From an uncultured archaeon (GTDB taxonomy: Archaea > Iainarchaeota > Iainarchaeia > Iainarchaeales > 1-14-0-10-31-34): DNA of 64,000 nt. Of the stretch, positions 27,485 through 35,052 are shown piece by piece. Made by a program: the position numbers and the translations under genes. Below the pieces are notes generated by a model that saw nothing but the letters and a program-made list of their open reading frames with translations, made no database searches and was not told the DNA's origin. Numbering within the stretch: position 1 is the first letter of the stretch; each line of letters begins with the position of its first letter. The stretch spans positions 1 to 64,000 of the forward strand of contig CAZSOZ010000003.1 of assembly GCA_964608675.1 (NCBI GenBank), read 5' to 3'.

Positions 27485-29817
27485 TGAGAAGAACCCAGAA
27501 AAAAGAAAAAGAAGTTTATGAAACCAGAAAAGTTTCTCCTGGAGAATTATATAAGGGAATTTCTTATTCAGGAACAAAATTTGGTGAAGAAACAAAATTA
27601 TTAAAAAAAAAAGAGCATTGGTTTGTTGTTTTCTGCAAAAAATTTTTTAGTTCATTTCCTTCTCTTGGAAAAGGAGCAAAATATTCAAAAAAATACAGGG
27701 AAGCCATTGATTTCCTTGGATGGAATCTTTCTCCTGAAGAATTTTCTGCTTCAATTAAACTGACAATGATTGCTTCAATTATTTTTGCTTTTATTTTGTT
27801 TGTTTTAGCAATTTCTTTTGGGGCAGTTGAAGCAATAACAGAGTTTACCGGAAGCTCTTTGCTTGCTTATTTTTATCTTTTTGTTCCTTTAATTTTGATT
27901 GTTTATTTTGCAGTAAATTTTGTTCAAAAGTTTCCGTTGAATGAAGCAAAAGTTGAACAAGTTCGTGCATTAACTTTTGTTCCTGAAATCATGGGGTACA
28001 TGATTATGTCCATGAAGCTTGTTCCTAATTTAGAGAAAGCAGTTGAGTTTGCTGCAACACACGGAAGAGGAAAAATTGCAGAAGACCTTAAAAAAGTTAT
28101 TTGGAATGTTGAACTTGGCATTCATAAATCTTTAAGCGAAGGCTTGGATGAAATGGCTTACAATTGGGGAAAATTTTCTGATGAATTTAAGTCTTCTTTG
28201 ATGATGATTCGTGCTTCGGTTTTGGAAACCAGTGAAGCAAAACGCTATCAGATTCTTGACAAAACAATGGAGCAAACCCTTGAAAGCATTAAAACCAAAA
28301 TGGAGCAGTATGCAAGAGAATTATCTCAGCCTACAGTTGTATTGTTTTATTTAGGTGTTTTACTGCCTTTAATTTTAATTATTGTTTTGCCTGTTGGCTC
28401 TGCTTTTTCCGGACAAGGTTTAGCGAGGCCGGAAATCCTTGTTTTAATTTATAATATTTTAATTCCTGGCGCAACATTTGTTTTTGCTTTGAATGTTTTA
28501 AGAAACAGGCCTCCAACTTATGAGCCTCCGAAAATTCCTGATGGCCATCCTTCTCTTCCAAAAAAATATCAAATGAAATTAGGAAAAAATTTTGTTGATT
28601 TAAGGTTTGTAATGCTTGCAGTTTTAATTGCTGGAGCAGGCTTGACTTGGTTTTTTCATTCCAACGGAATAGTGTTTGAATTTGATCAAGAAAAGCTTAC
28701 TATTATTCCTCCTGACAGAACAAAAGAATTTGTTTTGGAAAGAGTTAACCGGCCTGAAAACTGGTATAACGAAGATGGTCCTTTTGTCCAGCAGTTGATT
28801 TCAAGAGGAGTTGAACTTCAAGCCGCACAAAAAACTGTTGCTGCAGAAAAAGCAATGTTTTTTATGAAACCTGAAAATGATATTACTCCATACAATTTAA
28901 TTTTTGGTTCGCTTTTAACTTTTGCTTTAATGTTTTTCATTTATTTTAATTTCACTTCAATTTACAAAAGAAAAGTTCAGGAAGAAACAATGGAAATGGA
29001 ATCAGAATTTAAAGACTCCCTTTATGTTATTGCTTCCCGAATGGGAGAAAATAAGCCGGTTGAAGAATCTTTAAGGCATGCACAAAATTTTCTGCCTGAT
29101 TATGTTATTTCCCAAAAGCTTTTCGGTAAAACCGTTGACAACATTAATTTATTAGGCATGCCTTTGGAGAACGCTGTTTTTGACCCGAATTATGGTGCAT
29201 TAAAACATAATCCTTCTAATATAATCCGCAGTTCAATGAAATTGCTGGTTGATTCAGTTAAAATGGGAGTTGAAGTTTCTGCCAGAACTTTAATGTCTCT
29301 TTCACTTCAGCTTAAAAACTCTGAAAAAGTAAACAAAACTCTTTCAATTTTAGTTAAAGAAATTACGTCCACTATGAAAACAATGGCAGTGTTTATTGCA
29401 CCGGTTGTTTTGGGTATCACGACTGCTTTGCAGAAAGTTGTAATGATTTCTATGGGTTCAATTATTTCTGAAGGATCCCTTGATTCTGTTTCAGGAAACA
29501 TAAGCAACGTGGATTTAGCCGGAGCAAATTTGGGTTCAGGGTTATCCAGCCAGCTGAGTGCTTTTTCTTCTTCTATTTCAAGTTTTAAAATGGATCCCGA
29601 AGTTTTTGCTTCGCTTGTTTCTCCTGCTCAATTCACTTTTATTATTGCTTTGTATGTAATTGAAATAGTAATTATTTTAACTTACTTTACTTCCAAACTG
29701 GAAGAAGATAATAATGTTCTGGCTACTTTGAGGATTGCAAAAGCTTTGCCGGTTGCTTTGACTGTTTTTGTTCTGGCAATCATTGTTTCAAATTCAGTTG
29801 TTGGAGGCTTCATGTAA
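27484..29817 (+). CDS. Type IV pilus/T2SS membrane platform protein (TadB/TadC/FlaJ-like, two fused T2SSF-type domains)
   Basis: Translationally coupled to the ATPase (TAATG overlap); two cytoplasmic domains (PNLEKAV..GKIAEDL; GENKPVEESL) each followed by TM bundles. Confidence 0.85.
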   Translation: MRRTQKKEKEVYETRKVSPGELYKGISYSGTKFGEETKLLKKKEHWFVVFCKKFFSSFPSLGKGAKYSKKYREAIDFLGWNLSPEEFSASIKLTMIASIIFAFILFVLAISFGAVEAITEFTGSSLLAYFYLFVPLILIVYFAVNFVQKFPLNEAKVEQVRALTFVPEIMGYMIMSMKLVPNLEKAVEFAATHGRGKIAEDLKKVIWNVELGIHKSLSEGLDEMAYNWGKFSDEFKSSLMMIRASVLETSEAKRYQILDKTMEQTLESIKTKMEQYARELSQPTVVLFYLGVLLPLILIIVLPVGSAFSGQGLARPEILVLIYNILIPGATFVFALNVLRNRPPTYEPPKIPDGHPSLPKKYQMKLGKNFVDLRFVMLAVLIAGAGLTWFFHSNGIVFEFDQEKLTIIPPDRTKEFVLERVNRPENWYNEDGPFVQQLISRGVELQAAQKTVAAEKAMFFMKPENDITPYNLIFGSLLTFALMFFIYFNFTSIYKRKVQEETMEMESEFKDSLYVIASRMGENKPVEESLRHAQNFLPDYVISQKLFGKTVDNINLLGMPLENAVFDPNYGALKHNPSNIIRSSMKLLVDSVKMGVEVSARTLMSLSLQLKNSEKVNKTLSILVKEITSTMKTMAVFIAPVVLGITTALQKVVMISMGSIISEGSLDSVSGNISNVDLAGANLGSGLSSQLSAFSSSISSFKMDPEVFASLVSPAQFTFIIALYVIEIVIILTYFTSKLEEDNNVLATLRIAKALPVALTVFVLAIIVSNSVVGGFM

Positions 29818-29892
29818 ACCGTCACGCTCGTTTTATATGCGTGCACTGTCTTTGCTGTGCTAGACAGGGCTTAATAATTTTAAGGTGGTAAA

Positions 29893-30399
29893 ATGGTTAA
29901 TCAAAAAGGACAGTCTTTTGAAGTATTTAATTTGTTGATTGGAGCAATTCTTGCTTTGGCTATTCTTGTAATTATTATTTCTATTATTAATTATCTTGAA
30001 GAAATCAAAGTTGATTCAAGCCTTGAAGCAATTGAACAAAAATTAAAGAATGCTTCTCAGTCTCCTGATGGACGTATTTTTGTTTCAAATGAAGTTGTTA
30101 TTCCAAAAGATTACAGTTTTAATTCAAAGCAGGTTTCAAAGATTTTGAATATTTCAGAGGAATGCGTTGAATTTGATTTTCCTCAGAACGCGAAATGGGC
30201 TGTTTATCCAAACAGTCCTGAACGAAACCTTGTTTTTTTTCCTAAGCGAATTGAAACAAATTTTTATGTTGTCTGCCAGTCTTCTGATGAAAGACTTTAC
30301 CATAGTGATTTTTCTTTAATGCAGTGCCCTGCAGATTCGTGTGTTGAATTCTGCTGTCTGCTTTCTTTTGGAGTGAATCCTAAAACAGCTAATGAATGA
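29893..30399 (+). CDS. Pilin-like protein with class III signal peptide
   Basis: MVNQKG|QSFEVFNLLIGAILALAILVIII; Cys-rich C-terminus. Confidence 0.85.
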   Translation: MVNQKGQSFEVFNLLIGAILALAILVIIISIINYLEEIKVDSSLEAIEQKLKNASQSPDGRIFVSNEVVIPKDYSFNSKQVSKILNISEECVEFDFPQNAKWAVYPNSPERNLVFFPKRIETNFYVVCQSSDERLYHSDFSLMQCPADSCVEFCCLLSFGVNPKTANE

Positions 30400-30410
30400 T
30401 TTCTTAAAAC

Positions 30411-30424
30411 TAAAGCTTTAAATA
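30411..30424 (+). promoter_or_regulatory. Internal TATA box upstream of pilin 30459
   Basis: AAAGC-TTTAAATA, followed by GGTGATG SD before ATG 30459. Confidence 0.5.
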
Positions 30425-30458
30425 TTTCTTTGGTTTTCTTTTTAGTGGTGATGTTTTT

Positions 30459-30998
30459 ATGTTAAACCAAAAGGGACAGGAGTTCAGTGTATTCAAATTA
30501 TTAATTTCTGCTATTGTTGCAATAGTTGTTTTGACTTTGCTTTTGAATATTCTTGGAATAGTTGATTTTAATCCAAACACTGATCCGGCAGAAGCAGCAA
30601 AGAATCTTTTGACAAGCGTGGATAACTCTAATTTTCAGGAAAAGATAAGCGACAGAATTGATTTTACTTCTGAGAACAGCATTAATTCAAAAGCTTTATC
30701 TGATGCTACGGGTTTATCTGAAAACCAAATTTGTTTGCTTGTATCAGAAGAACTTACTGACAGAGGTTTTACTTCAAACGGAAAACTTATAACTTATGCC
30801 AACAATAGTTCTATTAGAGTTAAATTAGCAGGCATTTGTGCTGAAGCATCTGATTTCAGGGAAAACGATTTTTTATCATCATATACTAAAACCATGGCTG
30901 AAGAAGTTCCTGCAGATCTTGGGGATTGTAGTTTTGTTTCAGAATCAGATTCCACTGGAAGAGCATGTTTGATGGTTTTAATTCGTTCAAATGAATAA
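30459..30998 (+). CDS. Pilin-like protein with class III signal peptide (paralog of 29893)
   Basis: MLNQKG|QEFSVFKLLISAIVAIVVLTLL; four Cys. Confidence 0.85.
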   Translation: MLNQKGQEFSVFKLLISAIVAIVVLTLLLNILGIVDFNPNTDPAEAAKNLLTSVDNSNFQEKISDRIDFTSENSINSKALSDATGLSENQICLLVSEELTDRGFTSNGKLITYANNSSIRVKLAGICAEASDFRENDFLSSYTKTMAEEVPADLGDCSFVSESDSTGRACLMVLIRSNE

Positions 30999-31072
30999 AT
31001 TTTTAAGAAAAGTTTTAGCAAAATGTACAGCGTAAAAAACCGTACTCTCAAACTTATTTTTTTTTAATTAAC

Positions 31073-31080
31073 TTTAAATA
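31073..31080 (+). promoter_or_regulatory. TATA box for the 49-aa mini-pilin and downstream pilins (probably a leaderless transcript)
   Basis: TTTAAATA about 24 bp upstream of ATG 31104. Confidence 0.5.
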
Positions 31081-31103
31081 CCAGTTTAGCCTTATTTTTT
31101 GTT

Positions 31104-31253
31104 ATGGAATTATTAAAGGAAAATAAAGCGCAAAGCGAATGGAATTCTGTTTACATGCTGATAGTTTTGATTATTGCTGTACTGTTGTTGATTACTGTTA
31201 TTAAGCCGATGTTTGAAAAAAGCCAGCAGATAAACAAGCCGATAGGAGGCTGA
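31104..31253 (+). CDS. 49-aa mini-pilin with class III signal peptide (absent from the ORF track)
   Basis: Manual translation: MELLKENKA|QSEWNSVYMLIVLIIAVLLLITVIKPMFEKSQQINKPIGG*. Its 3' end supplies the GGAGG SD for the next gene. Confidence 0.8.
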   Translation: MELLKENKAQSEWNSVYMLIVLIIAVLLLITVIKPMFEKSQQINKPIGG

Positions 31254-31257
31254 TTTT

Positions 31258-31806
31258 TTGTTTTGCAGAGGACAAGAGGAAGCGCCTTTTCAGTTGCTAG
31301 TTGCAGTTATTTTAATGACTTTTGTTATTATTGTGGGCTTGAATGCAATGAATGAAGCTTCAAGAGAAAAATGTTTTAATAATACAGAAAAATTATTGAA
31401 TGACTTAAAGCAGTCAATTGAAAAAACTGCTATTTATAAACAGCCGTCTTCTATTAATTTTAATCCTCCTGGATGCACTAAAAATGAATCTTTTGTTTTA
31501 ATTAAATCAGATGAATCAAGAATTTGCAGTGAACTTTGCATGAATTCATCAAGCAGTTGTATTTTGTTAAGATACAAAACTGTTGAAATAACTGAAATTC
31601 AGGATAAATGCATTAACATTTCTTATGACACTCAATTCAGACATTATGCTGATGACTGGGATTCCGGATGCATGCATCTTGAAGGATACACTGGAATTTC
31701 AATTGATTCACAGGGTTTTATTCCGGGAGTTTATCAGTTTTTGTATTCTGAAACTTCAGGAACAACAAGCCCTGTTGTGTGTGTTTATATTAAAGAAAAA
31801 AATTGA
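31258..31806 (+). CDS. Pilin-like protein with class III signal peptide
   Basis: TTG start; CRG|QEEAPFQLLVAVILMTFVIIVG; multiple Cys. Confidence 0.8.
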   Translation: MFCRGQEEAPFQLLVAVILMTFVIIVGLNAMNEASREKCFNNTEKLLNDLKQSIEKTAIYKQPSSINFNPPGCTKNESFVLIKSDESRICSELCMNSSSSCILLRYKTVEITEIQDKCINISYDTQFRHYADDWDSGCMHLEGYTGISIDSQGFIPGVYQFLYSETSGTTSPVVCVYIKEKN

Positions 31807-31816
31807 GGTAATTTGA

Positions 31817-32464
31817 ATGCTGGGTTTTACTTTAAGCAAAATAAATTTGTTGATTTTTGTAGTTTCAGTTTTTTCAATTATTTTGTTTTTTATTTTTAGT
31901 TTTTCAACTATTTTAATTGAAAACATTGCAAATGATTATGTAAGAATTCATGCACAGGATGCTTTTACTTTGGTTGGCTCGCCTTCTTTGTGTGCCTCAC
32001 AAATTCATTATTTAAAAGATTCACTTGAATCTAATTCAGGGAATTCAGGAAGAGGATTATATTATATTATGGACATAAAGAAAGCTGAAGGAAATGAAAT
32101 GAATAAAATGATTTTTGCTTTGGCTCCAAGGAAAACTCCTGAACAGTTTATGGCTGCTGCTTCTTTTGACACTGAAGCAGACATAAAATTTTTTGATTTT
32201 CAAGAATTAACCAGCAATAACTGTGATGAATTTAATGCTCCTGCTTGTTCTTCAATTAATCTTTATGATTCAAATATTTTGCTTGACCCTCAGGCTTTGC
32301 TTCCATCTAATGCATACGTTCTATTAAAAGAAGTTGTGTCAGGAGAAACAACTGTTTATGTTATTCCCTGCAGTAACAGGCAGGGTTCTGATTGCAGGGT
32401 GCTGTTTGAAAGAGCAGGCAATAAAATTCGTGAAGAGGGATTTAATTGTTCTTATGCAGATTGA
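31817..32464 (+). CDS. Pilin-like protein with atypical minimal leader
   Basis: MLG|FTLSKINLLIFVVSVFSIILFF; N-terminal helix plus Cys-rich globular domain, within the pilin array; GAGGT SD. Confidence 0.65.
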   Translation: MLGFTLSKINLLIFVVSVFSIILFFIFSFSTILIENIANDYVRIHAQDAFTLVGSPSLCASQIHYLKDSLESNSGNSGRGLYYIMDIKKAEGNEMNKMIFALAPRKTPEQFMAAASFDTEADIKFFDFQELTSNNCDEFNAPACSSINLYDSNILLDPQALLPSNAYVLLKEVVSGETTVYVIPCSNRQGSDCRVLFERAGNKIREEGFNCSYAD

Positions 32465-32946
32465 ACCAGAAAGCATATCTTGGCCCGATTGGAGATGACC
32501 TTCCTTCTTTGATTCCTTTAATGTTTGCTTTGGTGATTTTCTTTTCTTCTTTTTATTCTGCAGTAAATGTTTATAATGACAGGACAGTTGATTTTGAAAA
32601 CGATATCGCGGTCGTGCAAATTTCTGCTTCTTTAAGGGGAACAGGATTAGTTTCTTCTTTGGAGCAGTTTCATAATTCCTGCAATGCATTAAATGTCAGA
32701 CAGCCTTATTTTTCTGCGGGCTTAATTGACTTAAACAAAGATGTTAATATATTTGATTTAAGGGAAAATTATTTGTTTGAAGGCAGTGAATTATATGAAT
32801 GTTCTAATGTTGTTCCTGAAAAAATTTTAACCAAAGAAAAAGTCCTTCAGCCTAATTCAAAGGTTGTTGTAAGAACTTATCCGTTAATTCTTCAAAGAAA
32901 CGAAGTTTCTTTGCCTGTAAAGCTGGTGGTTGTTGCATGGGAATAA
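32446..32946 (+). CDS. Pilin-like protein with class III signal peptide
   Basis: NQKA|YLGPIGDDLPSLIPLMFALVIFF; the true start may be TTG 32461, overlapping the upstream stop. Confidence 0.7.
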   Translation: MFLCRLNQKAYLGPIGDDLPSLIPLMFALVIFFSSFYSAVNVYNDRTVDFENDIAVVQISASLRGTGLVSSLEQFHNSCNALNVRQPYFSAGLIDLNKDVNIFDLRENYLFEGSELYECSNVVPEKILTKEKVLQPNSKVVVRTYPLILQRNEVSLPVKLVVVAWE

Positions 32947-33656
32947 TGAATTCAAGAGGACAGGCTGCAATAACTGATGCATTGTTTTTTTTGGTTATTG
33001 TAATGTCTTTGGTTGTATTTCTTTTCTTTTTTACTTCTCAGTACGGCAGAAGTGTAGGGGAATATTCTGATTCAAAGTATAGCTCTGATTATGCTTCCAG
33101 TGCACTGAAAACTGTTTTATATTCTTCTTTTGCAAGAGACGGTCTTCCTTTGTGTATTGAAGAAAGCTGTTCAAAGGAAGTCGATTTTTTGATTGCTGCA
33201 ATTAAAGAAGATTATGCTGACGACAAAAACATTAATTATTTTAAGGATGAATTAACTGAATCAATTAAATTGGTTATGAAGCCTGTAAGAAATTCTTTTG
33301 ATTTCATGCTGTTCATTAAAATTTCTTCTGATTCTGTTCCTAAATACCCTTATTTTTTTATTTCAAGAAAAGAGTTTTCTTATCAGGATCAAGGGCCTTT
33401 TGTTTCTGATGTTCAGTCTGAAGAAAAAAATTATTACTGTAATGTTTCTCAGAGTTCTTCTTTTAATCAAAATAAAATAGATGAATTTATTGTTTTTACC
33501 GGAGTAAAAGGACTGGCTGTTTCTTCTTTGTGGTTTCCTTTGGTTAATACAATCGAATACGATAAAGGAGAAATTGATTTGATTTTATGGAATCCCAAAG
33601 ATTTTAATGAAAGCCAAAAAGTGTTTAAAGAATTGGACTGCCAGCTGATTGAATAA
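32946..33656 (+). CDS. Pilin-like protein with class III signal peptide
   Basis: MNSRG|QAAITDALFFLVIVMSLVVFLFFF; ATG overlaps the previous TAA (TAATG). Confidence 0.85.
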   Translation: MNSRGQAAITDALFFLVIVMSLVVFLFFFTSQYGRSVGEYSDSKYSSDYASSALKTVLYSSFARDGLPLCIEESCSKEVDFLIAAIKEDYADDKNINYFKDELTESIKLVMKPVRNSFDFMLFIKISSDSVPKYPYFFISRKEFSYQDQGPFVSDVQSEEKNYYCNVSQSSSFNQNKIDEFIVFTGVKGLAVSSLWFPLVNTIEYDKGEIDLILWNPKDFNESQKVFKELDCQLIE

Positions 33657-34457
33657 TTATTTTTTGGTTACGTGTCCGCAGTGAGGACACAAATATTTTG
33701 TTTTGTTTCCTTCTTTGTGTTTTATTTTTGTGCATTTGTCGCAGTAAGCGTTTCCGCATTTGGAGCAAAAAATCAGTTCATTAAATTGCTGTCCGCAGTT
33801 AATGCATTTTCCTTTTTCTTTTTTTTCTGTTTCTTTTTGTGATTCAATGGTTTTTTTTTGAATTCCTTTTTTTTCTTCACTTAAATCCAAATCTAATTTA
33901 AATCCTTCAATTTCTTTTTTTTTCAGTTTCCCTGTTTTTGCTGGTTTTGTTTCTCCAAGCAAATCTTTGATGTTTGTTCCTTTCATTTCCGGAAACTCAA
34001 TTTCATTTTTTTCTTCTGTTTTTTCTTTTCTTTTTCTTTCTGTTTCTTTTTTTGTTTCTTCTTTTTTGTTTTCTTTTTTTTCTGTTTCTGTTTTTTTAGG
34101 TTCTTCTTTGATTTCTTTTCTTTCTTTTAGTCTTTCCATTCTTCTTTTTTTCCATAAAGGAATTTCTTCTTTTCCTTCTTTTTTTCCTGCAATTTTTTTT
34201 GATATTTCTTCTGCTTTCTTTTTTTTCTTGTTCTTTTTTTCCTGTTTTTTTTGTTTTTTTTCTTGTTCTTTTCTTTTCATTTGTTCAAATATTGTTTCAG
34301 CTATTTTTTCCGGTTTCTCTTTTTGTATTTTAAGTTTTTCATTAAAATCTTTTTGTTTTTTTTTGGAAAGACTTTTAAGATTTTCAGATAACTTTTTTTC
34401 TTTTATATTTTTTTTCCTGTGAAATCTTTTAAGCCTTCGGGGTATTTTTTCTGCCAT
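33657..34457 (-). CDS. Lys/Glu-rich low-complexity protein with C-terminal 8-Cys zinc-finger
   Basis: CINC..CSKC..CDKC..CPHC at the C-terminus; highly charged N-terminal ~210 aa. Confidence 0.7.
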   Translation of the reverse strand: MAEKIPRRLKRFHRKKNIKEKKLSENLKSLSKKKQKDFNEKLKIQKEKPEKIAETIFEQMKRKEQEKKQKKQEKKNKKKKKAEEISKKIAGKKEGKEEIPLWKKRRMERLKERKEIKEEPKKTETEKKENKKEETKKETERKRKEKTEEKNEIEFPEMKGTNIKDLLGETKPAKTGKLKKKEIEGFKLDLDLSEEKKGIQKKTIESQKETEKKEKGKCINCGQQFNELIFCSKCGNAYCDKCTKIKHKEGNKTKYLCPHCGHVTKK

Positions 34458-34511
34458 ACATTAAATTAAAGCATTAGTTATTTATATTAGTTTTCTCTTA
34501 TTTTTCCTGTT

Positions 34512-35048
34512 ATGCCTAATAATTTTTTTATTGACTTGCTGGTATCTGTTTTTGATTTCCTTAGAGGAGCCTTTCTGCTTTCGGTTGTTATTTTTTTTCT
34601 TTTTTTAATCGGCTATTTTTTTTCCAGAAAAATTTTGGAAAAAAAATTTAATTTAAGCTGGATGCAGAAAACTTTTTTGAGCAGTTTTTTTGTTTTTGTT
34701 TTGCTTTTACTGGTTTTTTTTGTTTGGCCTGTAATTGAAGCTTTTTTGGCTGTTGATTTAGGTGTTGTCCCTGAACCTTTGAAGATGACTTTGCCTGAAT
34801 TTTTTTATTTAATTGTCTCTCTTTTAGTTAAGCTTATTGTCGCTTCTTTTATTTTTTCTTTGCTTGTTTTGCCTTTGGCTTTTTTTGGGGTTTTTGTTTT
34901 TGATTTTATTTCCAAAAGGTTTAACTGGAATACGTTCATTAATTTCTTTTTAGCATGTTTTGCTTCAACCATTTTAGGGTATTTTTTGGTTTTGTTTTTG
35001 TTTCCATGGATTATTGCAGGAGCATTGTATTTGGTGTATTTTGGGTGA
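34512..35048 (+). CDS. Integral membrane protein (about 4-5 TM), co-transcribed with the 1490-aa protein
   Basis: Hydrophobic ORF ending 4 bp before the next start. Confidence 0.7.
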   Translation: MPNNFFIDLLVSVFDFLRGAFLLSVVIFFLFLIGYFFSRKILEKKFNLSWMQKTFLSSFFVFVLLLLVFFVWPVIEAFLAVDLGVVPEPLKMTLPEFFYLIVSLLVKLIVASFIFSLLVLPLAFFGVFVFDFISKRFNWNTFINFFLACFASTILGYFLVLFLFPWIIAGALYLVYFG

Positions 35049-35052
35049 ATGA

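Noticed and set aside
25205-33656. Interpretation as an archaellum (fla/arl) operon or a conjugative T4SS
   Set aside because: No recognisable FlaH/ArlH, archaellin-type N-termini, VirB4, VirD4 or relaxase in the window; the subunits are diverse Cys-rich pilin-like proteins.
33967-34422. 151-aa Phe/Ser-rich 'membrane protein' ORF
   Set aside because: Antisense to the Lys/Glu low-complexity gene; a compositional artefact.
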